Shown piece by piece: positions 50,350-63,466 of a DNA stretch of 64,000 nucleotides (positions are counted from its first letter, which is position 1; the number at the start of each line of letters is the position of its first letter). The notes beneath the pieces were generated by a model. That model saw only the letters and a program-made list of their open reading frames with translations, did not search any database and was not told the DNA's origin. This DNA comes from Bispira polyomma (Eukaryota), in assembly GCA_965649765.1 (NCBI GenBank), contig OZ287757.1, positions 27,280,001 to 27,344,000 on the forward strand, written 5' to 3'. The position numbers were made by a program, and so were the translations under genes.

Positions 50350-51441
50350 TTGACATATCCCACCATAGACGACATAATTGAAAAAATAGCCTTTTTTGGC
50401 CCAGAAACCCTTTTGTTTAAAATTGATTTAAAAAGAGCATACAGAAACCTCAGGAGTGACCCTTTCGACTATTCAGTGCTTGGTTTAAACTGGAACAGTC
50501 AGTACTATGTTGATTTGTCAGTCCCCTTCGGCCTGGCCTCGGGCGCCAGTGCCTGCCAGATGACCACGGACTGTGTGACCTATCTGATGTGGGGTCAAGG
50601 TCATTGGGTTTGCGTCTATTTAGATGACTGCATCGGGGTTGCGCCTCCTAGCAAGGCTAGGGGAGGTTTTCAAACTTTAAAAAATCTGATTCTCCAGTTG
50701 GGGCTTCCAATCAATCACGACAAGGTTGAGGAGCCTGCCCAAAGTATAGTGTGTTTAGGTATTAATATAAACGCCCATACCGGCGTCTTGACCATTCCCA
50801 CTTCAAAATTACTTGAAGTCAAGCAATTGTGTAATAACTGGCAGAATAAAACAAGGGCCACCCGTCGCGAGTTACAAAAGTTATTAGGCAAATTGATTTA
50901 TATACATCGTTGTGTCAAGCCAGCCAGGCTTTTTGTTAATCGGATTCTGGGCATTTTGAGGGGGGCACCCCCACACATGTCAGTCGCTTTGACAAAGGCC
51001 TTTCATAAAGATGTTAATTGGTTCTGTACTTTTTTAGAACAATATAATGGAATAACAGCCATTCACTTGAACAATGCTGCCAGGGAAAATGTATTTGTAG
51101 ACACGTCCTTACAAAGCCTGGGGGCTTATTATGACGGCCAAGTATATAGCATTGATATACCCAGTGAGTATAAGAATTCCCTTAACATTGTGCACTTCGA
51201 GATGTGTAATATAATAGTGACCTTTAGGTTGTGGGGCGAGGAATGGCAGAACAAAAGAATTCGCATACATTGTGATAATTTAGCGGTGGTACATGTTTTG
51301 AACAAACACAAAGGTAAAGATACATTCCTGAATGCCTGCGCTCGCACACTTTGGCTTCTGCAAGCTACTTATAATATTGATATTACAGTAGAACACGTCA
51401 GGGGGGTGGATAATATATATGCGGATATTTTGTACCAATAA
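50350..51441 (+). pseudogene. DIRS-type reverse transcriptase/RNase H ORF (same frame as 49936-50328)
   Basis: YLDD RT motif and RNase H D..E..D residues. Only a single stop separates it from the upstream part. Confidence 0.9.
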
Positions 51442-53034
51442 AGCTGAAGTCGCCCACCTTAAGCAATGCCAGTGGCATAATGTAGAAACACAATGGCTGT
51501 CCCCTAATTACAATATTTATATGTTGCAGGTAATCGACTAGCCAGATCACTACTGAAAGATGTCCAAGCGCGCATTGACACAGGCTTCCAGCCAAGGACT
51601 TCTGCTGCTTATAATGCAAAATTTAGGCTTTATACAGCCTTTCTCTCACATTTGAGTATTTCCAACCCTCAGAGCTTACAGTCTGTGTTATTGTTCCTGG
51701 AATTCCTGGCACAGCAAGGCCTGAGATCTCAGACACTACAAGGGTATTTAACAGTAATTAAATATTTCTTCCAGCTGTATGGATTCCCACTGCACGTACT
51801 CACTCATAAAAAAGTTCAGCTTATAGTCAAGTCCGTTGCCCATAATGCACCCTTGAGATACAGAATAAAAAGGGTTTTGTCTACCAATAAGTTAACTAAA
51901 CTAGTGGCACTTTTGGTGGGTTTCCTTGGGGCTGAGGTATACAAAGCCATTATCCTGTTGGGCTTTTCGGGTTTTATCGGTTGGCCACCCTGGTCCCCAG
52001 TACAGTACTTGACTTCCAACCTTCCAGATTCCCCACCCCTCAGGATGTCATCTGGGGTTCCCCCGGGGCACACATCGTAACAAAGTGTGCCAAAAACATG
52101 CAGGTTTCAGGGCAAGCTCAAGTGGTACAAGTTTCCCTTCTTCCCGGGTCCCCTCTGTGCCCAGTGTTGGCACTAAAAGGTATACTTCCCCACAAGTCTA
52201 TCTGTAACAAAACACCTCTGTTCAAGTATTTACATCAACATCAAACGGTAGTCGTAACCGCATCCCAGGTAAGAAAGGTATGGGCAAAGGCCATATCCCG
52301 CCTCGACCTCAGGCCCTCAGAATATGGGTTCCATTCACTAAGGCGTTCTGCCGCCTCATGGGCGTTCGACCACAGGGTGGATCTCCAACATATTAAAGTC
52401 CATGGGGGTTGGCGCTCTGACGCCATTTGGAGCTGCCTGGTTAAGACATCACATACAGCTGGTTTAGTAGCTAATGCATTTCACACATCCTTAACACCTA
52501 CAACAACATAGACACTACTGTTGGGTTTGGCAGTTTTATTTATACATTACATACAAGTATAGTTAGTGTACATAGTAGTAGTAGTTTAGACAGTAGAACA
52601 CCTCCTTAAGTTTAGGTTACCTTAACAAAACTTAAACTCACATTAAGGCTACCTTAACATGAACGACATGCAAGCGGTGCTGTGACCTTAAGTCAGCCTT
52701 AAGTAACACATGCTTTGACACTAACGTAAGTTAATGGACACTGACTTTAGTTAATTGACAGGCACCACATGTCAGGTGCATAAGGAGTTAAGTTTAAGTT
52801 GGGGGGGGGACTTAAACAAGGGGGGCATAGTAATTTTTAGTAGAAATAACGTATGTGTATTAATAAAAACCCAAATGAGTGTGAAACTTGTGTTATTTCT
52901 GTGTTGTGCAACCTTCACCATCACTGCCATAATTTATGGCTAGGTCAAATCTCAACATTGACCACCTCAGGGGGTGAGACTGGTATTTATTTGGCTCAAA
53001 TTTAGGGGTGGTAAATTTCAGATAGAGGAGTGAA

Positions 53035-56000
53035 TTTTTTTTGTTTTTGTTTTTTTTTTATAATTTTTATTTGTCACAGATGCATGCATAAATACAGTTA
53101 TACAATATCAAACAATAACTTTATTCACATGGCTGTAAAGAAGTATACATATATATACATATAACATCTACACACCTATCTTTCTTTTTTTCTCAGGGTA
53201 TGAATTGGAATTTCTGCAACATTTAAGTATTATTTTTCTTTATCTTCCATCTCTTCATGGAGATATACTTGCTCATTGTAGAAGAAGATCGCTTGAACCC
53301 AGTATTCTATGTATTAATTTACTCTGAAACCAGACTAAGGAATTGTCTTGTAGAATATTAAACATGAGATAGAAAACTCTCCTCCATGTCACACTATCAA
53401 TATGTACTTCTAAATCACTATTCCATTTTAATTTATATTTACATTCCACCTGTCCTACATTTATTTTGTTATAAATAAATTTACAACCCTGGTTACATTT
53501 GAATATAAGGGACATGTGATGAGGGATATACGGTCTTTGAAAAAGAGTAGTTTTCATTTATCAAATGTCTTCCACCATTGGTAAATCTATGTATAATGGA
53601 TCTAATATAAAAATATTCCCAAGAAGTTTTTTTTATGCGAAAATCATATTTTTATCTCTATTTCTTCTCTTTTTAATAATTGTAGGTTCGGTTGGACAAT
53701 ATCCCCAATCACAGATATATTCACTGGAATTGCCTAATTCTGTGTTATACTATAAGGGAGTGACACAGATATCTGATAATGTCTTCACTTCAATAGAGCA
53801 GTAGATGGATATCCATGCCTCAAAAGTATCTCTCCAGAACTGATTTGGTATCTTGCTATTAGCTTTTCCTCCAATTTGGTAAGAGCATTAGAGTAATTTA
53901 TGATTGGCATAATGTGCAAATGTACATCAAAATCAATTCCCAATAATGAAAAGATAACTGTAACCCATTTGAAAGTACTGGTACATTGTTTTTTTCCTTG
54001 GAAAAACTATTTTTTTCCAATCCACACCAATTTAGCTTTGGCCTTTTCATTTTTAACCCTGATAAAGATCAAAACACTTCTAATATATTTAGTATTTGGT
54101 GCAGGGAGCTCTCTGAACCATCCATAAAGATTGAAGAATTTATGAAAGAAAAAGTTAAATTTGAAATTAAGTTTACTCCATTTATAATTTTATGTGGATA
54201 TCGATTTGCAGACCAAAATAGAATTCCAATTAATGTTTTTATTCTAGTTACTAAAAATATATATATGATACATATCGATATAGTCAGGAACTCAATCTCA
54301 GAAGCCTGAGTTATAGTCTAGAGCAAGTGTTCATGGACGAGAAATATTTAGCTACATTAGCAAATAAAGAAAATCTGTTTAATCAGATAAGGAAAAATGG
54401 GAGTGTATAGTTTTTTTAAATATAAAAAGGGGAGTGTATATTTAAAAAAAAGGAAGATTGTAGTGTCATCAGCAAATTGAGAAATTTTAAACTCTACTGA
54501 ATCAATTTTTATACCCTTTACATTTTTATTGCTTTAAATCATTTTGCACAGCACTTGTGCACACAAGAGGAAGAGACATGGGGCAATAGAGTCTTCTTGC
54601 TTACACCCTCTCTCAATTGGGAAGAATTCTGATAGGACTCCTAGCTGTTATTTCAGTAGTGAAAAGAGTAAAATCTTCACCAAAATTATAATGCCGTAGA
54701 ACATTATATATAAATTTCCATGACACAGAGTCAAAGGCCTTTTTAAAGTCAATTAACATTAGCAGTCCATTAATATTTTTCTTTTCATATACCAGCCTTG
54801 TACTCTCTCCTATAAATCTACTTTTAAGAAATCTGGTTTAACATTGTGATATTAAGTGGGGAAGGACATGTTTTAATCTACTTGCAAGGACACTTGCAAG
54901 GACACTTGTTGCCATTTTATATAATAAACTTGTTAAGGAAATCGGTTGCCAATTTTTAAAGCTATCTCTTGCCTTGTTACCCTTTGGCAAACAACATATT
55001 ACTGTCTGCCTGAGGGTATGTGGTAGCAGTCCTCGAGTATAGCGTTCATTTAAGGCTCTGAGAATAAACATCTTTGGATCTTTCCAAAAGACCTTAAAAA
55101 ATTCAAAAGGAAACCCTTCTATCCCTGGGTTTTTGTTGTTTTTCATATTTTTGACTACATTACTTAATTCTACAGCACTGATTGGGCCATTCAAACTTTC
55201 TGATTTATAGTTTGTGAGTTTTTGTTTGCTTGAAATTAACTTTTCTCAGTTTTCCGGGTATTTATGTTTTTCATCTTTGCACGAAAAGAGGTCTGCGTAA
55301 GACTGTTTAATATGAGAGAGAATTTCTTTTTGGATTTGTACGACTTTTCCATTAGTTAGCGTAATCTTTTTGATAGTTTTATCTACATATTTGGCTTTTT
55401 CTAGATTGCAAAAGAATTCAGTTGGTTTTTCATTTAGTTGGATATTTTGCACTCTTGACCTTATCATGTAACCCCTTGACTTAATTTCTCGTAGTTCTTA
55501 TAGTTTTTCTTTTTTTTAGATTATTAATACATTATCCTCATTATGTTGAATCTCAAGTTATTCAATTTCTTTAGCTGAAATATTTTCCTGTTGAGCATTG
55601 TGATTTTTTAATTTACTTGCAAATTTGATGTTTGGTGTTGCCTCTTATGTTTAATAAAAGCATTTCCAGAAAAACATTATCAGTCAATGTAAATTGTATA
55701 TCTAAGTCTTCACCATTGTCAATATATTTGGGGTGATAAACTGGTAAGGCATATTTTTTTCAATTCTTTAATCCATTTATTCACATTCTCTACATAATCT
55801 ATGTTTGTGAGAAGACTACAGTTAAAAGGCCAAATTTCTTTGCCTTTTATGAATTTGTCAATTAGCAATTCAAGCTCAATTCGTGAATGATCACTTCTAT
55901 AACCGGGTAGTATTTTGCAATAGTGGACAATGTCTATCAAACTGTTATTACCTATCATATAGTCGAGTCTTGCGTGCTTAACCAGGTTTCTCTGATGCCA

Positions 56001-56790
56001 TGTATATCACCTCAAATTAGGATTTAATTGCCTTAATATGTCACAAAGATTTAGTACTTGTGTGGAATTTATCAGTGCTGCCCTAGATTTAGGATTATTT
56101 AAGTTAATATAATTTTGCGAATCCATCTTTGGATCAAGCACTAGACCATGCTTGCTTCCCTTTGATCATTGTAAACTTAACTAGTATTGGCCTACCTTTG
56201 CTTCCGGACAATCTCCCCATTCAATAAGCAGCATCTAACTTGATTAGTCCAGCAGGATTTTCTGCTGATTTGATGTCCTAACAGCTTATTTTGAAAGTTT
56301 TGGTTAGGATATCTGTAACCAGTTTTGAGCATACTTCATTTGTCGATTCCTCTACATTGTAGATCACAATGTTCTTTTGGAGCCCCCTCCATTTTATATC
56401 CATAAGCTTTGTTTGGTAATGCTCTAGCTGATGTTCTAGTTTTGCTTTCTGCTCTTTTGCCGAGTGGAGGGAATTTTTCATTGTAGAGTTTTCTTCCTTC
56501 AGAGATCCCATGTCTTCACTAATTGCCCTGAATGATTTAACAACAAAATTCCACTTCTCTTTCCTGATTTTAACCCCATAGCCTGGTCTTTTGTTGAGTT
56601 GCTGAAGAAAAATATTTAGACCTTCTTGACTAGGTAAAACTTGAGTAACAAAGACATCTTGACTAAGGGCTTGAATCCCTGTCGTACCTGCTACATCTGG
56701 CTCAGTACCAGCCATTTTAGGTGATTTTTTTTACTTGTTCTGTGTTAGGACTGGGCGTGCTCAGGGGCAAGGTCTTTTGCCACACGGAGT
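53035..56790 (-). mobile_element. L1/Tx1-clade LINE with internal deletions: ORF1 (56715-about 56150), endonuclease, RT, poly-A tail
   Basis: ORF1 coiled coil + DIKWRGLQKNIVIYNVEE. Endonuclease YTWHQRN..ARLDYM..GYRSDH. NEKPTEFFCNLEK, NNKNPGIEG..NWQPISL, IDFKKAFDSV, QFADDT. T-rich tail at 53035-53070. Confidence 0.9.
54085..54450 (+). mobile_element. 3' end of an L1-type ORF2 in opposite orientation inside the LINE
   Basis: FIILCGY...PINVFILVTKNIY matches the 'N..IL..K.YIY' L1 C-terminal motif. It ends in an A-rich tail. Confidence 0.55.
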
Positions 56791-56878
56791 TGACATGAAG
56801 TTGTAAATATGATAATCTATATACCTATATTGTGTTGAGATAGTATAGAGAGTACTACATATCAGGATCTTGCTGCAA

Positions 56879-56934
<56 letters not shown>

Positions 56935-57594
56935 ATATCAGTATCTTATTTCAAACATTTAGGTTTTCAGTTGTCCATTTAAATACACATCAAAACGGAA
57001 CACCAATTTATAGATATATAATGGCTTTTTCTTTCACAATAATTCAAACATTTGATTTTTTAGTTCTTCCTTTGTAAAAAAAACACCACATATCCTGGCT
57101 GTCAAGGGTTAATCGAATCCAGTCCATTTAGATTTTCAGTTTTCCATTTGAATACACATCAAAAAGAACACACTAAATATATAGTGGGTTTTTTTTTCTC
57201 TAAAAATAATACCATATTAGTATATCCTTCAAACATTTGAATTTTCATTTATACATATTTAAAACACCACATAACCTTGCTGCCAATCATTATTCGAATC
57301 CAGTGAAATTTGTACTAATGCTAATGTATATTATTAACTGACATTTTCTTGGTTGTAAATATTGCTACGGCCTGGTACTTAATCTGCATAGGTCCAACAT
57401 AGAAGTTCTGTTAGTACATTGCTTGGGAGTGTTCACTTTCGGGAATTATCGCTGGGTATTATCGCTCAGTGACAGCTTAGTCTGGTTAATTACCTTTCTA
57501 AACACAACATATAAAAAACTTTGAGCAGTGAATTTTTAATTTCTTACTGTTTAAAAAAAATAGTCACTGAGAATGAAAAAATACAGATGCTGTA

Positions 57595-60500
57595 ATGAAT
57601 TGTGTGAGCAAACTAGACGATGTTTATTTAAGGTAAGTGTTATTTTAAGGTTGATTAGAACACTATTGAGGGAATGTGTAAATGGTCATCTGAAACACAT
57701 TCAATGTTGTTCAGTAGTAAAATTATCCATTTTACAGAAGCTATATCTGCAACAATATGAATAAACCATATGGAATCAGAAATGGACTGGGTGTTAGTTA
57801 GTGTTAGCTTCTAATGTGAGAGAGACACTTTTTTTGGAATAACAATTTTAAGTTATAGGCCAACAGATAATATTTTGTTATTACACTTTTAGATAGACAG
57901 GATGGCAGGTCTACAGATAGTTTTGTAACTTAGAGGTTGAAAGGTCGACAGATAGTTTTTTTTAAATTTTGCATTTAGGTTGACAGGTCAACAGGTAGAC
58001 AGATAATTGTTTTTAAATTTTAGGTAAACAGGTTGACAGATAAAAATTTTTGTAACTTATAAGTAGACAGGTCGACAGATAATATTTTTAAGTTTTACTT
58101 TTAGATCGACAGGCAGGTCGACAGATTGACAGATAATTTTTTTTTGCAAGTTATTGGTAGACAGGTCGACAGGTAGACAATTGTTTTTTTAGGTTATAGG
58201 TAGACAGGTCGACAGATATTTTTTTTGTTTTGTAACTTATAGGTTGACAGATAGACAGATAATATTGGTTTATTTTACTGTTAGTTAGACAGGTCAACAG
58301 ATAGACACATGTCTTTGAGATATGTGACCGCCCCTTTGTTAAATGTTTCTGCCATTTGTTTTCCAAAAAGGTAACTCTTCAGGCCTACCAGACTATATAT
58401 TTCATATTAGTCAGGCAAAATAGGCCATTGACTCCGAGTTTTAGGATGTACCGCCATTTTCTATTGTTATCTCTGCGAAATCCTATGACCAAAATATTAT
58501 GTGCACAACAATTACGAAATGAGGACAAAATAAGGGGGAATTGCAAATAATTGCTTATATTTCTGAAGTTTGGACACTAATATGCAGTAAAATATGTCAG
58601 CACATGAACTTGAATTAGGATTATACGAAAATGACATTTGTAAAAGTACTGTTTCAGGTATAAAATCTTTTTTTCGTGGGCGATAGCAAAAGTTAGGACA
58701 CTGCCTTGATTAGCAATAAATTTTGAGATATGTTTTTCCAGCATATTTTTAACGCATTTAGGTGATGTGGTCCCCCAGGACCACTATATTCTTTTGTTTA
58801 TTTAGTATGGTGACATGCACTTATGAATTTGTTTTACTTCAGCCTATTAGGTAATATTTATTTTTTGAAGACTATTTTAGGCTCTATGATTTAGAAGAAT
58901 GATAGTGTACCCTGTTTTACTGTTTTGGAATAAATATACTGTATTTGGGGTGTAAAGTAACTTTCTGATATCACATGTTATCTCGCAAAGGGGCAGTTCA
59001 CTGGTACGGAAATAAGGACAGGGCTCTTGGTCAAGATTTCTGTTTATCAAACCACCTGCTTTCTACTCGTCAACTAGTCTGCTCTCTAATACTACCTACT
59101 TACATGTAGGGGTTAGCTTCAAAGCCTGACTGTAAATTCTCATTTGTTATCGCAACGCCACTAAAGCCCCTACCGCACAATATGGTATTAAAGATAATTA
59201 TAAACAATTTGGCATTCTGGTTGGGGTTTCTTCTGGGTAATCAAACTGGGCAGAATTTCACCTAAGTACCTGATTGGTTGAAGCATTCCATAACAGAATT
59301 AGGTGTACAGATATAGGACCGGGAAAGCACATAATACATTTGGAAGGTATGTTTCAAAACATTACACAAGTATTAGGCAGATTCATATCCTTTGATGAAC
59401 TGCACTATTGTAAATATTTTGTAGGGCCACTATTGCTGGTATTAGACAGTTCGTATAGGTAGTTCATTGAAATGTAACCAATCATAATTGGATATCTTTA
59501 TATTATATTTTTATAACTGTTCATTATATATCAAATATTCTCTTTTTTTTCTTGATCAAATTTGTATTTGACCATATTCACCCAAATTAGCAAACCTGGT
59601 GACTGCTGACTTCTTACTTCATTATGCTCCATTGTTTCAACTGGGGAATGATACCGATCAGTTAAGTATATGGAATTGTTTGGCCATTCTTGTGTTCAAT
59701 CTAAATATAGTAATAGTTGTTACTGTATGTAAATGTAAGTCTTTGGCTTTGAAAGTTGATACAACTTTAAACAGCAATTTTTATCTCTGCGAGGGTTGTA
59801 ACAGGCTTTGCTATTTAATGTAGTATAATTGGAGTACATATTAAAGGTTACAGATAAGAAATTGCTGGGACAACCCTAGTTAACTCAGAATCTCAATTCA
59901 ACCCATTATATGGACCTTATTATGTTAAATCAGTCACTGGATTAAAACCAATGGAATTAGCTGCATCTAGGATTTCTTGATATTTCCCCAAAGGTATAGC
60001 TAATTAAAACATTAATGGGAATGCCACTATAGCCTATTTGGTAAGACGGTCACTTGAAGCAAACGTAAGACCTTGGTTTTTATCCCATCCTGGGGTTCCC
60101 AGATACACTATTCATAACAAAAGAGGGTGGAAGTAAGGAGTTTCTTTTTCTAAATGTTTAACCTTGAAGGTCAAATATCTAATATGAAAGCGATGAGATA
60201 TAAGGGTGAGGCATAAACAGGGTGAAGTCTGGCAAATGTCCAAATTACCAGTTATTAATTAAGGTAATATGAAAATTTTGATCTTGAAGGTCAAGTTTAG
60301 AAAGTTATCAGCGGTAAAATCAGGAAATACGGAAGAGTGAAATTACTACTCTTGTAGTGGCTATGGGATCTCCCCACTATCTAAAAAGGGAATTATTTGA
60401 TTGAACAGTTATTGATTATTCACTCTGTCATGGACAGAGTAAAAACAAGTAATTTGATTATAAAATAGAGTAAAGTAGGATAGAACTATATGAACTGAAA

Positions 60501-62030
60501 TGCTATACACCTGTAAGGTCGTATCATCGCTAGTGGCCTAAATTACAGCTTAAAATGTTAATCCTCTGCTTCTATTAGTGACAGGATTTGCATATATTGG
60601 TAAACTCAAGTGCATGTCTCTCCAGCTTGCAGATCGACAGCTGGGGGCATGCATGTGTGCAGTGAAGAAACACTTAATTACTACAGACACCAAACAAATT
60701 TGGTAAACAGTTAACATATCTCAATGTTCACTGTAAACGATGTATATAACATGTTCTCTTTTTTTTAATCCAGGATTGTTGTGTCAGATATCAAAATGGA
60801 TTCATCCAGGCCATACGATGACATGAATGTGACGTCTGTGACACCCAGTTCAGTTTCTACGACAACAGGTACTTAGCTATATTCTTTTGGAATAGTGTGT
60901 ATAATGTGTACACTAAATTTGACTTTTAACATTCACAGTTATACATTGTAATGGTTCATTTAAACTACCAATTAGAAGCTACTATGCAATAAAATTATGA
61001 AAAAAATAAACTTGACAAACAAGTAGAAGTAAAAATTTTTTTCAACAATTCATGTTGATTAGTTGTAGGCATGCTTGTTCTACTTCATCGCATAAATCAT
61101 AAATGGTTTGGTGTAACTTCTATTTTATTTTGTTTAATATTTGATTTAAGCTGTAGATCCTTCCAGAGGCAACAAATTCATATCAGGTTTAACCATTGCA
61201 ACAGTATGTGGACTTGTACTAGTTGCAATTGCTATTGTATGTGTCATTGTCTGCAAGAGACGCAAACCCTCTAGGTATTTAACACGTCATCAGAGAGCTG
61301 GAGTAGACAGGCAAACGTGTATGGGCCGACAACAGATTAACAGGTATTACTGCAACGATACAGACATTATTAATTATCACACATTTACTTCAGTTCATTC
61401 ATATATATATACACAAAATAACCATTAATTGGAGGACCCCACACAATAGGGTAAACATGTGTTTGTGAGCAGTTGTATTGATTGTCTATGTTCCATATAT
61501 ACAGGCATACATATACACATATATATTAATATATAATAAAATAAAATGATTGCCTAATTACTACATAATTGGTCACAGCACAGTTCCAATACATGAGGAA
61601 ACATGAACAGCATGAATAATCAAAGAATAACAAAAAATACAGTCAACCCTAATGTACTTAGTATAGTTCTTTTGGACAATGATATAAATTAATATGCAAT
61701 AAATGTGATATATTGTGCAAAAAATGTGAAGCAAATGCATTGGTTAAAAAGGGAGAGTTGAAACTTTAAAGTGTATGGACAATATCCAGCTTTCTAACAT
61801 ACAATGATATAAAACATTGGCTTTGAAGTAAACATCTGAATTAATGAGGAAGATATGAAGTTTAGATATGTATATACAATTTTTGTCTGTCTGAATCAAA
61901 AACAATTCCGTACTGAGAGTTACATATTTTTTATAATTCTTTGGTGTGCATTTGCAGCCAAGTGCCTTCGCTTTCAAAGTCAATAAAGAATGTAGGAGCT
62001 AGAGAAAAGAGATTACCAAGGATTCAAATG
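57595..62030 (+). CDS. Small single-pass membrane protein. Exons 57595-57632 (tentative), 60774-60868, 61151-61274 (or to 61343), 61958-62030; last exon unresolved
   Basis: Phase-consistent GT-AG joins give ..MDSSRPYDDMNVTSVTPSSVSTTTAVDPSRGNKFISGLTIATVCGLVLVAIAIVCVIVCKRRKPS..SQVPSLSK. This has an S/T stalk, an NVT sequon, a TM helix and a basic stop-transfer. Confidence 0.6.
57890..58310 (+). repeat. Degenerate tandem array (aggtcgacag/agacag units + T tracts)
   Basis: Roughly ten irregular units of aggt(c/t)gacagata..tttt. Confidence 0.8.
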
Positions 62031-63024
62031 GTATTTATAGCTAAAAGAAGGTTTATTTATTTGAATTTTCTAAATTCACATGAACCATTCATCCAGGCTG
62101 TGTATTCACAAAGATTATTATTATTCTTAATTTTTTTTTGTCGGTCAATTTCAATGGCCACAAATACTGCTTGCAGAAAACTGATTGACAATGCAAATTC
62201 CAAGACCTGCTAAGAATGTTTGAATAAACCACCCTTGGATGAGAACCGTAAACTGGGTCTATTGTTTCAATCACTGCCAACGGAACATATTGCCAACTAC
62301 TGTCACTTAACTAAATATTTTTTCTGCTTCATGTTTATTAGTGGCTCTTTTGACGATGTAAGAACTTAGAACTGTATGCAATATAGTAATAATATATTAA
62401 ACTAGATTTTACACCTTTCTAAATATGATTTTGACGCTAATTCTGTATGGTAACAACTCTGTACTTCTTTATTAGTTTGCCGTGAATTTTAAATATATTG
62501 GGGCTTTTGAGACTGTTTTGTGTTATATTTGACATATAGAAGCACCATGATTACATCTTAGAAGTGGAGTCATATTTTTTAATATACACCACACGGGTAG
62601 TTTTACTATTATACTTCACAACTGATGGACTGTATTTTTCCCAAAAATTTTTTTGGGCTATTCCGGGGCACCCGCTGTCAAAAGAAAAGAATATATAAAT
62701 TGAGACTCATTATTAATTTATCATCATGAATATTTTTACAAGTCCAAGCTGACACATATTATGGTAGATATTTACCTCCGAAAAAATCTCTTTTTCTCTG
62801 TAAGGTTTACACAGAGTAAGTAGTAACTAAGAAATATATTTGTAAATACTGTATTATTGTTTATAAAGTGTATTTTATTGGGTGTAAAAACATGTACGTG
62901 TTAAACAACGTCCTGTAGCTCTAAGACACACACCACCGTCATACAATTCTAGATGTAAAAAATTAATATTGCATACAATTTCATCTCTTGTAGGATATTG
63001 CTTGCAAGCCTGCTGTACTAGGTT

Positions 63025-63081
63025 AGAATTTGGATATTTAACGTCCACTCTAGTACCTTTTAGTAGGTTATATTGGGACGG
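63025..63081 (-). mobile_element. 5'-truncated family A SINE (3' 55 bp only)
   Basis: gaatttggatatttaacgtccactctagtacc..ttatattgggacgg, nearly identical to 16532-16587. Confidence 0.8.
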
Positions 63082-63084
63082 CTG

Positions 63085-63118
<34 letters not shown>

Positions 63119-63466
63119 TTTGTTATATAGCACTGTATATATGTCGCATTAATAGTGCAAAATGACATCTAATCCAAGTATATTACAAGTTCAGATCATG
63201 AGTACTACAAAGTACATTCTAGTCCCCGAGAAATTGATTTATCATATTGTAAACAACATACACAAGTATATCACGAGAGATAACACCCCCATACAAATCT
63301 TGAAAATTTGAGGACTTTTTGTTCTGCAATTCCTGGTAAGAAGCCACAACAGTCAGCTGAGGATTCCAATTTAATTGGTGTTTAACATGACCTTTTTACA
63401 TTTATGTGATATATGAAGACAGGCAGTTTACAGAAAACAAGCACAGATTGGCTGCCCAAGAAATCT

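Larger units (their letters stand above)
47495..52990 (+). mobile_element. Near full-length DIRS/Ngaro-like YR retrotransposon (gag to 49096, RT/RNaseH about 49900-51441, YR 51530-52511)
   Basis: Gag WPHE..SWATAKRAHA..IDRIRQ with a C/H finger. RT FKIDLKRAYR, PFGLASG, YLDD, with one in-frame TAG at 50326. RNaseH FVDTS..CDN. YR HSLRRSAA with one frameshift at about 51970. Confidence 0.92.

Noticed and set aside
57890-58310. Repeat array as a possible CRISPR
   Set aside because: Units are degenerate and irregular, with T-rich rather than unique spacers. The context is eukaryotic and no cas genes are present.
57573-60821. Six-Cys micropeptide MKKYRCCNELCEQTRRCLFK|DCCVRYQNGFIQAIR*
   Set aside because: No signal peptide. 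The alternative frame of the same junction gives a coherent membrane protein, so this is likely a chance or upstream ORF.
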